A stretch of DNA of 64,000 nucleotides from Candidatus Porisulfidus sp. TsSOB (GCA_002631715.1 MRSX01000003.1:361286-425285); one strand, 5' to 3'; shown: positions 10,234-19,487, numbered from the stretch's first letter. The notes: generated from the letters alone by a model not told the origin. Numbers and translations: made by a program.

Positions 10234-11301
10234 TTATTCAGTTCCTCGATTCTCGGGTTTGCGGGCCAGGAAGAAAAATGCCGGGGTAAAGAGACCGGAT
10301 TCGCCCCCTGCGACCAGTGCGTCCGCCCCCCTGTTCAGCAATGTGCTGACCATGGTGGAGCCTTTCGGAACGACCCGCAGCGTCTCCCCGACCCTTAAGG
10401 TCAAATTGGTCAGGGCGCGCCCGATGGGTGTGCGCGGAATGCTCGCGAGACTAAGGTCGCGACCCTGCAGGGCGCGATACCAAGGCATATCCGGATCCGC
10501 TTCGGGGGCGAGGTCGCGGGCTTCCAAAAACTCGAACCCAGCCGCGCTCAATGCGGGGCCGATTTCCGATGTGATGGTGATATCCGGTAGCCCATTCCCT
10601 TTCTCGATATCTTTCTTGATCCGAAGGTGCCGGGCATTCTCCGGATCGAAGTCCTCGGTGAGGCACCACTCGTAGCCCGCGAAGCAGGCTCCTGGGCGCA
10701 GGATGCGGAAGACCTCCCGGAACGCTGCGATCTTGTCCGGCGCGTGGGGCATGGACTCGATCGCGATGGCGGCGTCGTAGGAGTTGTCGTCCTCGGGAAT
10801 CTGCATGAAATCACCGTGGATGAAGCGGCACAGCGACTGGATGTCTTGGCTTTGTGCTTCGGCACGCTTGATCTGGTAGGCATTATTGTTGAGACCGACG
10901 AAACTGGCCCCGGAATAACGGGCCAGCGTGCGCATTGGTCCCCCGATCCCGCAGCCCAGGTCAATGACCTGCATCCCGGGTTTCAGTGACAGCTGATCAG
11001 CTAGGAAATGCTCGTGCCTGAGCAGTGACTCCTTGAAGCTTTCGCCTCGAAGCCGGGGCGCGAAGTGAAAGGACTGACCCCAGCCGAATTCGTAAAAGTC
11101 GGTCGCCAGGTCGTAGTAGTGATTGACGAGTATCTGGTAGTCCTCTTTCCTGTTCTCCAGGTCGTCATCGTGGAGCCCGGTGTACTGATCGACCGCCTGG
11201 GTCACTTCATCCGGAGTGAGATCCGAGAAGGAACGGGAACTCGATTGTTTGGTGGAGGTGCGGCTCATTCGGTTATCCTGCCAGTTCGCGCTCTTCTTCA
11301 A
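10234..11301 (-). CDS. Sterol C-24 methyltransferase (ERG6/SMT family)
   Basis: Signature YYDLATDFYEFGWGQSFHFA (SMT region I) and SAM motif VIDLGCGIGGP. ATG overlaps the stop of the upstream SQMO-OSC ORF (ATGA). Confidence 0.8.
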   Translation of the reverse strand: MKKSANWQDNRMSRTSTKQSSSRSFSDLTPDEVTQAVDQYTGLHDDDLENRKEDYQILVNHYYDLATDFYEFGWGQSFHFAPRLRGESFKESLLRHEHFLADQLSLKPGMQVIDLGCGIGGPMRTLARYSGASFVGLNNNAYQIKRAEAQSQDIQSLCRFIHGDFMQIPEDDNSYDAAIAIESMPHAPDKIAAFREVFRILRPGACFAGYEWCLTEDFDPENARHLRIKKDIEKGNGLPDITITSEIGPALSAAGFEFLEARDLAPEADPDMPWYRALQGRDLSLASIPRTPIGRALTNLTLRVGETLRVVPKGSTMVSTLLNRGADALVAGGESGLFTPAFFFLARKPENRGTE

Positions 11302-14300
11302 GAAGCGGCAGATACGCTGTGCGGCTCTTCCAGGGCCGCTGCCGCCAAAGGCACCGTGTCGCTCTCAATTGCGTCGGTAGCAAGGGAATCGGCAGTTGCC
11401 AGTTCCAGCCGGGCCCGGCGCCGTTGCTCATAGAGGCCAAGCGCGCGTAGGGGGAAATACTGCCGATACAGAACGTAGTCCAGCAGGGCCGTACGGAAAA
11501 AGACCCCGGCCATGTCTTGCTTGGGCCATGCGCCATCCGCGTTTTGGGTGTCGAGCAGGAACCGGGCACCCCGCGAGATCGCGGCCCAGTTGGGATCGTC
11601 CGCCTCAAGGAGCGCAATCAATGCCCATGCGGTCTGGATAATCTGGCTTTCGTCGTGTGCAACGTATTGGCCGGTGAAGCAACCGCTGTAGTGCTCACCC
11701 CATCCTCCGTCTCCGCGCTGACGGTCCAGCAGCCATTGGCAGGCCAAGCGTAGTACCGGATCGCCGGGGCGGGCCCCGGCTGCAAGCAGGCCCCTGATTC
11801 CGAAGGAAGTACCGTAGATGAACTGAACCCCCCATACGCCGCGCCACGATCCATTGCTTGCCTGAGTCCGGCGAAGCCAGGCGCCGGCTTGCGACATGGC
11901 ATCCGTCACTGCTTGGTCCGTGGTGTCCGGAAAGTGCTTCTTGCAGGCTGCGAGTGCCGCAAGGCAAGAAGCGGTGCACTCGACATAGGAATGTTCAGTC
12001 ATCGACTCGCCGAACATCTCGGCCGGATTCAGCCATTCAAGCCCGATTACGGAGCGTTGCGCTTCATAGCTGCCGAAACCGCCATCGCGGTTCTGGCCCC
12101 GCAGCATGAACTGGATCGCGTCTTTGAGCATGGTTGTGTTCGTCGCCTCGCGGTGGGCAGCGATAATTCCGAGCACTGCTTCCGCAGTGCAGTCGGTGAC
12201 CGGCCAGCCATGCCACTGTCCGGCAAAGCACCAGCCACCCTTGGGGTCGTTTCGAAAAGCCTCACGAAATCCTTCGAAACTGGTCTTGATTTGTTGCGTT
12301 TCCAGGAAATCGGCCCCGCGTTGGAGGGAATTTCGAACTTCAGGGGCCAGATCGAGTCTGGACATTGTTTCCAATGCTTGCAGGGCGAAGCCGGTATCCC
12401 ACGAAATGCTTCTCGCCCCGGTGACTCGTGCCCCGTATTCCTCGTCTTCCCAGATCCAGTCGTCCAATTTCTCGAGTGCTTGGCGACTGTCGGGGTCGTT
12501 CGGGTTGCGCAGCCATAAGGCCAGGATGTTGAGGAGCCCGCTGACCGGGGAGATGCTCGTGTGATTGGTCGTTCGCAGTTCCCATTGGATTCGCTCGGTG
12601 ATCGTGTCCATGCATCGAGCGCGCAGGTGTTTACTATGGAATCGTTCAAATAACTGCGAAAACCCATACCCGACCCGGAGCCATACACTGGGCCGCGCAT
12701 GGAGGTCGGCGCTTCGCAGACGATTGCGGCCCGCGGAAAAGCCGACGTTGGCAAAACCCTCGGGATATAGCTCTTCTCGCAGTGATGCGATCAAAGGCGT
12801 GACAGGTGCCTGAAACCGATATGAGTAGACAGCCGACATCGCCATGTAGATGAGCCGGGTATGGCAATACCAGTTGGAGGGGTGCAGCGGAATCCAACGC
12901 GGCAGGCTCCACAGTTCCGGCAGGATGGCGTTGATTCCGCGCCAGTCGTAGAGGTTGAGGAGCGCCAGCCAGAATTTTCCCCAACTCGGAATGCCGAGGA
13001 CTCCTTCGGTCTGCAGGAATTCCTGGGCCGGCTTCAGCAGTGGATCATCCCGCTCGACGCCAAGCAGCCTCGCCGCGACGTAAACCAGCGTGGTGACAAA
13101 CAAGTTGGGAGGCGGGTGCTCGTGCAGGCCCCATGCGCCTCCTTCTAGGCGAGTCTGTTCGAAAGACCGCAGCACGCGTCGGCGTCGGTCGGGATCGAGC
13201 GGCTGCTCCATGATGTAGTGCAGCAGTACGTACTGCGCGGTGAGCATGGGGCACCAAACCATCTCGCCTTCCCAGGCGCCATCCCCATCCTGGAGATCCA
13301 GCAGGCGCTCGCTCGCGCTCTTCAATGCCGGGCCGGCATCGGGCGATTCGACCGTCCACGGGCGGGCGGGTTGAGAGTCGTCGGCCTTCGACGGGATGGA
13401 GACCAGGAACGTGTGGGACCAAGTGGCCCGGATTTGCTCGTCCTCTCCTTCGCCCGTGTTTCTCGCCCGGTGCAACATCCGAGCACCCCGCAGCAACCAT
13501 TTGAGACGGCCCGAGAGTGAATTGAAGGTATCCCGGGCACGGCGCCAGGCAAGTTTGTCGAAGGATCGCGGCATTTCTCTGGCAATCGCCCGGACCATCG
13601 TCGTGAAAAACGCGGAACTCAGGTGGATAACCGATGTGTCTTCACAGGCGAGTAAACGCATGGTCCGGTCGCGCATCGTAGAATTTGCCCGCCAGCCTCG
13701 GTAGGTTGCATGTCGGAGAGCCACCACCTCGGCCCGATGATCGGCAAAGACCTCGTAGAGTCCTATGGCAAGGAACTCCGGAGTACGGATCGCCCGGAAA
13801 CGCTTCTTGGTGAAGTCGCGAAAGTCCCCGTTCTCGGCGAGTGCAAGCGCATCACCGAAACCGAGGGTGATTCCAACCGCCGACATGGGATGGTAGTGCC
13901 CGGCCGCATCGCCGATCAGCACTCGATTCGGACTCCCGTAGCTAACACGCGGCCTCAGCTTATTACTGGCAGTGCGAAACCGCCCCGCCCGCAGCGCTTC
14001 AACAAACGCGGGTCGGACTGATTCCGGCAACCAACCGGTGTACGAGTCCAACAGGAACCCAATCCGATCCCGGGGTGTCCAGCGATCCGCCGGAACATCT
14101 ACGACGATGCGCACGCCGCGCTCTCCGAGGCGGTACATGAGGATCGGCCCGGGTCCACCCCCCAACACGTACCCATAACCCTCCAACGGCAACGTCACGT
14201 CATCGACCAAAACTCCTACCATCCACGAGCAAGTTTTATGGTTCGTCGGCAAGCCCAGTGATCGACGCACGACCGAACCCCGACCGTCGGCACCGACGAT

Positions 14301-14759
14301 CCGCGCAGCCGCGACAGACTCATCGGTCCCGTTGCGAGTAAAAGTGATTCGTCCGTCTACGACCTCACGAACCTGTGCATTGAGAATGAAATCAATACTC
14401 GATTTGCTCTCGATCGCTTCGTGCAGATGCGAGACGAGCACCGCATGCTCGCAGGCCAACCCGTGAGCGCCGTCCGGATAGGGAAGTATGATCGGTTCCG
14501 AGTCGTCTTCCGGGCACACCACGAACCCGTTGCCTGCCCCGATGGGAGGCTGCGTGTCGAGCCCGATCCCGATCTCGCGCAGTATCCGCACGGCGGGGGG
14601 GTGCAGCCATTCTCCCGCTAGTCGCTTGGAAGCCTCGGGGCTCGCTTCGAGCAGGACAACCCGGGCGCCTTTTCGCGCGTAGGCGAGCGCACACACACTG
14701 CCGACTGGCCCCCCGCCGACAATCGCGACATCGTAATGCCGGGTGGGGGGGATGCTCAC
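11298..14759 (-). CDS. Fused squalene monooxygenase (N-terminal) and oxidosqualene cyclase (C-terminal)
   Basis: N-terminal half has the FAD motifs DVAIVGGGPVGS and LIGDAAGHYHP of squalene epoxidases. C-terminal half has QW repeats and VTDCTAEAV (OSC-type DCTAE, not SHC DxDDTA). One uninterrupted frame. Start taken at a GTG (14759) overlapping the CYP51 TGA; the ORF-track TTG at 14828 is the alternative. Confidence 0.8.
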   Translation of the reverse strand: MSIPPTRHYDVAIVGGGPVGSVCALAYARKGARVVLLEASPEASKRLAGEWLHPPAVRILREIGIGLDTQPPIGAGNGFVVCPEDDSEPIILPYPDGAHGLACEHAVLVSHLHEAIESKSSIDFILNAQVREVVDGRITFTRNGTDESVAAARIVGADGRGSVVRRSLGLPTNHKTCSWMVGVLVDDVTLPLEGYGYVLGGGPGPILMYRLGERGVRIVVDVPADRWTPRDRIGFLLDSYTGWLPESVRPAFVEALRAGRFRTASNKLRPRVSYGSPNRVLIGDAAGHYHPMSAVGITLGFGDALALAENGDFRDFTKKRFRAIRTPEFLAIGLYEVFADHRAEVVALRHATYRGWRANSTMRDRTMRLLACEDTSVIHLSSAFFTTMVRAIAREMPRSFDKLAWRRARDTFNSLSGRLKWLLRGARMLHRARNTGEGEDEQIRATWSHTFLVSIPSKADDSQPARPWTVESPDAGPALKSASERLLDLQDGDGAWEGEMVWCPMLTAQYVLLHYIMEQPLDPDRRRRVLRSFEQTRLEGGAWGLHEHPPPNLFVTTLVYVAARLLGVERDDPLLKPAQEFLQTEGVLGIPSWGKFWLALLNLYDWRGINAILPELWSLPRWIPLHPSNWYCHTRLIYMAMSAVYSYRFQAPVTPLIASLREELYPEGFANVGFSAGRNRLRSADLHARPSVWLRVGYGFSQLFERFHSKHLRARCMDTITERIQWELRTTNHTSISPVSGLLNILALWLRNPNDPDSRQALEKLDDWIWEDEEYGARVTGARSISWDTGFALQALETMSRLDLAPEVRNSLQRGADFLETQQIKTSFEGFREAFRNDPKGGWCFAGQWHGWPVTDCTAEAVLGIIAAHREATNTTMLKDAIQFMLRGQNRDGGFGSYEAQRSVIGLEWLNPAEMFGESMTEHSYVECTASCLAALAACKKHFPDTTDQAVTDAMSQAGAWLRRTQASNGSWRGVWGVQFIYGTSFGIRGLLAAGARPGDPVLRLACQWLLDRQRGDGGWGEHYSGCFTGQYVAHDESQIIQTAWALIALLEADDPNWAAISRGARFLLDTQNADGAWPKQDMAGVFFRTALLDYVLYRQYFPLRALGLYEQRRRARLELATADSLATDAIESDTVPLAAAALEEPHSVSAAS

Positions 14760-16144
14760 TGGAAAATGCTGGCCTGCGGGCGGCGGCGGTAACGGATTCG
14801 GCAGGGTTCCCTGGGGCCTGTCACCCAACTGCCGTAATTCGGTTCGGGAAACTCGGTGACGGGCTGAAAATCAAAGCGATCAAACAGCACGGTCCAGATT
14901 GCTTTCAGTTGCATGTAAGCAAAATGTTCACCGATGCACCGGTGTTTGCCGCCGCCAAAACTGATCAAGGCATAGTGGTGCTGTTTGCCCTCGGATGCAG
15001 GTGGGGCGAAACGGTCTGGGTTGAAGCGGTTCGGATCGGCAAACAGGTGGGGCAACCGTTGGGAGACCGCCGGCGACACCATGGCCAAGGCACCGGCTGG
15101 CACGACATGATCCTTGTAGTGCAAGGGCCTGAGTACCTTGCGGATTAGCATGATCAACGGCGGGTGCATCCGCTCGCATTCGCGAATGGCGTGCTCTAGT
15201 GTGACTTGGTGCCTGAGGCTCTCGTAGCTCACGGTTCCTGCCTCGCGGTAGGTGTCTTGCACCTCGTCTTTCACCCGCGCCAGGTACGACGGGGCCCTCA
15301 TGAGTTCCAGAAGGGTCCAGGTTGCGAGCACCGCGCTGGTGTGCTGGCCCGCGAACAGCACCGTCAGCAGGATTCCGGTAATCTCGTCATCGCTTGGGGC
15401 GTGGCCATCCTTGTACCGAGCGTTCATGAGGGTCTGCATGAAATCTTCAGGCTGGGCATCGGTTCGCCGACGTTCCGCCATGATCTGGCCGAAGAGCTTG
15501 GCGACTTTTCGGCGGGCCCGGTCGCGGCTCCGATGTGCCGGGATTGGGAGATAAGGGAAAAAGAACCCCAGGGTGTTGATGCCGTTTTGCAGTTCGTGGT
15601 ATGCCTCGGCGAATCCTGCGTCCAGCTGGGCCCGGACTTCCTCTCCAATGAGGCAACGGCTGGCGATCTTGACGGTGAGTTCGTTCATAGCGTGGGGCAG
15701 GTCGACTTCCCCATGCTCGCCGAGATCCTCGGCGAACTGCCAAGTCTCCTCGAACATGATGCGGGCGAACCGGCGCATCGCGGCTTCATTGAGCGCCGGA
15801 TACAGAAATCCCAATTGCTCGAGCATCAGTTCAGGCGTAGTGTCGTAAGCCACGCCACGCCCGAAGATGGGCACCGTGAACTGGTAGACCTCTTTGGCGC
15901 TGAGCTGGTCTTCGGGTGCGTGGAAGTAGAAGTCGTGAGCTTCGGGCCCGGTGAAGAGGAAGAATTCGCGCGGGCCGAGCCGGAACCGGATGAGCTCGCC
16001 CTGCTCGCGCCAGCCGCGCTGCAGCATCGCGATCGGGTCCTTCTGGAAATCCAGCAGATGGCCGATCAACGGCCACCTGCCCGCGACCTCGGGAATGGCC
16101 CGGGACTCCTGCGGCGAAAGTGGGGTGGAACGTACGGTGGTCAT
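14756..16144 (-). CDS. Sterol 14-alpha demethylase (cytochrome P450 CYP51)
   Basis: Heme loop FGGGKHRCIGEHFA, I-helix AGQHTSA and B' region YQFTVPIFGRGVAYD are CYP51 signatures. Start at MTTVRS, 14 nt after the reductase stop. Confidence 0.8.
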   Translation of the reverse strand: MTTVRSTPLSPQESRAIPEVAGRWPLIGHLLDFQKDPIAMLQRGWREQGELIRFRLGPREFFLFTGPEAHDFYFHAPEDQLSAKEVYQFTVPIFGRGVAYDTTPELMLEQLGFLYPALNEAAMRRFARIMFEETWQFAEDLGEHGEVDLPHAMNELTVKIASRCLIGEEVRAQLDAGFAEAYHELQNGINTLGFFFPYLPIPAHRSRDRARRKVAKLFGQIMAERRRTDAQPEDFMQTLMNARYKDGHAPSDDEITGILLTVLFAGQHTSAVLATWTLLELMRAPSYLARVKDEVQDTYREAGTVSYESLRHQVTLEHAIRECERMHPPLIMLIRKVLRPLHYKDHVVPAGALAMVSPAVSQRLPHLFADPNRFNPDRFAPPASEGKQHHYALISFGGGKHRCIGEHFAYMQLKAIWTVLFDRFDFQPVTEFPEPNYGSWVTGPREPCRIRYRRRPQASIFQ

Positions 16145-16158
16145 GTCGTCAGGTTGCT

Positions 16159-17253
16159 TCAATAGACGAATGGCAGCATCGCGAAACGCACTCGCTTCGT
16201 ATACCGCTCCCACAGTTCGCCGTACTTGGCGCGGCAGCGACGGTCGTCGCGTCTTGAGCGATGCGACAACAGACCCACCAACCACGCGGGCAGCAGGTAG
16301 GGCACCCAGGATGCGAATCCGGTGGTCAGGGCGAACGAAAAGTAAATGCAGATCTCGCCGGTATAGTTGAGATGCCGCCCGACTCCCCAGAACCCGGAGA
16401 CCAGCAGGCGCCCGTCCAGGGACTCGGCGGGCTTCCCCCAGATCTTGGCGTGGGAGTCACGCTTGAAACGGTGCTTTTGCCCGTTGGCGCCGCGGAAGAG
16501 CCAGAAGCCGAAGACAAACAGCAGGGTGATTGCGACGGCAGCGACGGGGGACAGGGGCTCGGTTGCATGGACCAGCCACCAGCCGGCAAGGCAATAGAAG
16601 AACGGCACCAGCACGTAGTCTCCCCAGACCAGCATCCATCCGAAGCGCTCGCTGACGATGTCCCAGGTGTGAACCATTCCGTATTCGAAGTGGAAGTAGT
16701 TGAGGACGTACAGGAAGGTGAAGGCCTGGTAAAGCATCATGGCCAAGGTCAGTTCGCCGTAGGTTTCGTATTGCACGGCGGCGAACGAGACGTTGAACAA
16801 CGCGAGGCCGATGAGGGAAGGGCGGTAACTGAAAAACTTCAGATCCACCCCAAACCAGGTCGGATGGCCTTCCACGCCATAGAAGAAGCCCTCCAGTCCT
16901 CTTGGGGAATCGCCCTGGGCTCGGGTGCCTTGGTAGTACAGCAAGGCGGAAAAAGCAAACGCGAATACGTTCGCCACCACGAACAGGGCGAGAAAGTGGG
17001 TATACAGCACCGAAAGAGAGAACCAGCCGGAGACTTGGGCAAGCCCTCCCACGACCATGGTCAGCAGGAACAGGGCAAGCCCATTGCTCCTGTAGATCCT
17101 TGATTTTCCATCGTAATCTGGACCCGTAATCCGGCGTCCGGGCAACAGCATCGAACCCAGGAACAGAAAGCCGAAGAATGCCAGCATCATGGCTGCCGCG
17201 TCGAGCAGGGTGCTGCCGGACAGCGCAATCAGCGAGAAGGGCAGTTCAGGCAT
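16159..17253 (-). CDS. Sterol reductase, ERG4/ERG24 family (C-14 or delta-24(28)/delta-7 reductase)
   Basis: Polytopic membrane protein with the C-terminal signature LLVSGFWGVGRHLNYTGEICIYFSFAL. Confidence 0.8.
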   Translation of the reverse strand: MPELPFSLIALSGSTLLDAAAMMLAFFGFLFLGSMLLPGRRITGPDYDGKSRIYRSNGLALFLLTMVVGGLAQVSGWFSLSVLYTHFLALFVVANVFAFAFSALLYYQGTRAQGDSPRGLEGFFYGVEGHPTWFGVDLKFFSYRPSLIGLALFNVSFAAVQYETYGELTLAMMLYQAFTFLYVLNYFHFEYGMVHTWDIVSERFGWMLVWGDYVLVPFFYCLAGWWLVHATEPLSPVAAVAITLLFVFGFWLFRGANGQKHRFKRDSHAKIWGKPAESLDGRLLVSGFWGVGRHLNYTGEICIYFSFALTTGFASWVPYLLPAWLVGLLSHRSRRDDRRCRAKYGELWERYTKRVRFAMLPFVY

Positions 17254-18343
17254 AGGTGTTGCCGTTCTCCGCTTTGCGTGCCAGGTATTCCCGCCACTTG
17301 CGCACGGTCACGTCCTGGAAAGCCTCGACCACGGGGTTGAACTCGACGGTCGGAGCGTCCCAATGTTTTTCGTAACCTTCCTGTTCTCCTTCGAGCGCGT
17401 ATTGATCCTGGGTGAGCAACGGGCCGATGAGGATGCGGTTCGAGATCTTTAGAACAAAGGTCATGGCGAAACGGGGAATGTGGACCGGCAGAAAGGGTAT
17501 CTTCAGCGACTTGAAATAGAACAAAAAGAAGGTCCGGGTGGTCCGCTCGTCGATGGGCAGCACGAAAAGCCAGTGTTTGATCCAGTCATCGGTGTTCGAC
17601 CATTGGTAAGGGTATTGGAAGCAGAGATCCATGTGATTGGTGTCGAGTTTTTTGTGGTCGACGAATAGCCCGGAGATACGCCCGCGTCCGACCTGAGTCT
17701 CGTAGGAGAGGTGCACGTCATCGCCGATGGTCTCGCAGCGGGTGAGGGTGGCGCCGACGAAAGGCCGGTATTCACGGTGCAGATGGGCATGAGAGAAGTC
17801 GCTCACGTTGTCGATCACCATAGAGTGGTGGGCCGACCAGGTGAAAGTGAGCGGGACACAGGCCCATCGGCCGCGTCCCTCGAGTTCGGGGATGTCCGGG
17901 ATCTGCCGCGATTCCGCCTTCTCCGGGTCTCCGGGAAACAACCAGACCAGGCCGTAACGGACTTTTACGGGGTAGGATCGGATCGAGACGTTCTGACAAC
18001 TTTCCCCGAGGTGCTCGCGAGGCCCTCCGGCACGTTGCCCCTCTCCGTCGTATTGCCAGCCATGGTAGGCGCAGACCAGCCGACAGTCCTCGACATGGCC
18101 GAGGGAAAGCTTGAGCTGGCGGTGGGCGCAACGATCCTCGACCGCATGGAACGAGCCGTCCTTCGCCCGGAACAGTGCGATGGCATGCTTCCAGAAAACG
18201 ACTTCAGTCACGCTTCCCGGCTTGACGCGACGTACTTCTTCGACCGCGTACCAATAATCCGGGTCCATGCCCGCGGCGCGTGCTTTCTGGCGTAAATTGC
18301 TGGCTTCATCGAAGCCAGGAGGCGGGCTTGTCATTGAGTCCAT
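17246..18343 (-). CDS. Rieske [2Fe-2S] non-heme iron oxygenase, SdmA-like (bacterial sterol C-4 demethylase oxygenase)
   Basis: Rieske motif CAHRQLKLSLGH...CAYHGWQY. Location between a sterol reductase and an NAD-dependent reductase mirrors sdmA-sdmB. Confidence 0.65.
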   Translation of the reverse strand: MDSMTSPPPGFDEASNLRQKARAAGMDPDYWYAVEEVRRVKPGSVTEVVFWKHAIALFRAKDGSFHAVEDRCAHRQLKLSLGHVEDCRLVCAYHGWQYDGEGQRAGGPREHLGESCQNVSIRSYPVKVRYGLVWLFPGDPEKAESRQIPDIPELEGRGRWACVPLTFTWSAHHSMVIDNVSDFSHAHLHREYRPFVGATLTRCETIGDDVHLSYETQVGRGRISGLFVDHKKLDTNHMDLCFQYPYQWSNTDDWIKHWLFVLPIDERTTRTFFLFYFKSLKIPFLPVHIPRFAMTFVLKISNRILIGPLLTQDQYALEGEQEGYEKHWDAPTVEFNPVVEAFQDVTVRKWREYLARKAENGNTYA

Positions 18344-18344
18344 T

Positions 18345-19487
18345 TCAGCCTCCGTCCGAAGTGATGGGTGTGCCTTGATCCGGCATGAGTTCTTCTACTT
18401 GTCCCGCGCCGTCCGTGCATGGGGGTTTCGCGTCCGGGTTCGTGATCGCCTTGCGCTGGTGGTAGTGAAAGGCGTAGGCTTCGTGGACCGCGGCGCGGAT
18501 GCTGGTCGGTCGGTAGCCGAGTTCCTCTTTCGCCTTGCTGTTGTTGGCATGGCGGCACTTTTGCAGCAGGCGGATGGCGCCGGGAGTGAAGCGCTGGGGG
18601 AAGCTCGGATGGAACCGGCTCAGGTAAAAACTGGCCACTTCCGAGAAAGCGAGCATCGCGCGGACTGGAATCCGCCGGTGCGGGCGCGGGATGCCGGAGA
18701 CTTCCTCGTACAGGTCGATGATGTCGGAGATGGTTTTGTACTCGGAACTGAAGATATATTTCTCGCCCGAGCGTCCTCGGTCCATGCACAACCGGTGTCC
18801 TTCAACGATGTCCCGTGCCGCGACAAACTCGAAGCCGCCATCGACGTAGGCATGGAGTTTGCCGTTCGTGTAATCGCACAGGGTTCTACCCAATCGCGAG
18901 GGGAAGAAATCGCTGCCCCCCACAACCGCGCAGCACGTCGCGACCAAGACGTCCTGTCCGGCTGACGCGGCGCGCCAGCACTCGTGTTCGACGAGTGTCT
19001 TGCTGCGCTCGTAGGGCATCGTACGTTCCATGGGATAGAAAAGCATCGTCTCGTCGCTGGGGGCGGAAGGGTCATCCAGGTTGTACCCGACCGCGCTGAA
19101 GGAGCCCGTCACGACCACCCGGCCGGCTTCCGTCTCCCGTGCCGCCTGCAGCATGTTGCGGGTGCCGAGAACGTTGCATTCGTATATTTCCCGACGGTGG
19201 GCGTGGTTTCCTTCGATGGTCGAAACCTTGGCTGCACAGTGATAGACGCCCTGGCAGCCCTCGACCGCACGCCTGACGGAATTCAAGTCCCGGAGGTCGC
19301 CGAACACGCGTTCGACCTCGAGGCCTTCCAGCGCCTCGTTGTTCTCTTCGTGTCTTAGCAGCACCCGGACCCGGGTGCCTTCGTCGAGTAGCCGGCGCAC
19401 GAGATTGGCGCCCACGTGTCCAGCCGCACCGGTAACGAAAACGGGTGCAGCCGATGAATTGCCGGGTGTGCTCGATCCTGAAGTCAT
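18345..19487 (-). CDS. NAD(P)-dependent epimerase/dehydratase (3-beta-HSD-like) family reductase, SdmB-like
   Basis: Rossmann motif VFVTGAAGHVGANLVRRL and catalytic YERSK. First gene of the minus-strand sterol operon. Confidence 0.65.
   Translation of the reverse strand: MTSGSSTPGNSSAAPVFVTGAAGHVGANLVRRLLDEGTRVRVLLRHEENNEALEGLEVERVFGDLRDLNSVRRAVEGCQGVYHCAAKVSTIEGNHAHRREIYECNVLGTRNMLQAARETEAGRVVVTGSFSAVGYNLDDPSAPSDETMLFYPMERTMPYERSKTLVEHECWRAASAGQDVLVATCCAVVGGSDFFPSRLGRTLCDYTNGKLHAYVDGGFEFVAARDIVEGHRLCMDRGRSGEKYIFSSEYKTISDIIDLYEEVSGIPRPHRRIPVRAMLAFSEVASFYLSRFHPSFPQRFTPGAIRLLQKCRHANNSKAKEELGYRPTSIRAAVHEAYAFHYHQRKAITNPDAKPPCTDGAGQVEELMPDQGTPITSDGG

Noticed and set aside
14760-14828. TTG start at 14828 for the SQMO-OSC ORF
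   Set aside because: It would overlap the CYP51 3' end by 73 nt. An in-frame GTG at 14759 overlaps the CYP51 TGA (GTGA) and places the GxGxxG motif about 10 residues from the N-terminus, which fits translational coupling. Kept only as an alternative.
14756-16285. 509-aa version of CYP51 starting at 16285
   Set aside because: The first 47 codons overlap the 3' end of the upstream sterol reductase gene. An ATG (MTTVRS) 14 nt after the reductase stop gives a 462-aa protein of canonical CYP51 length.
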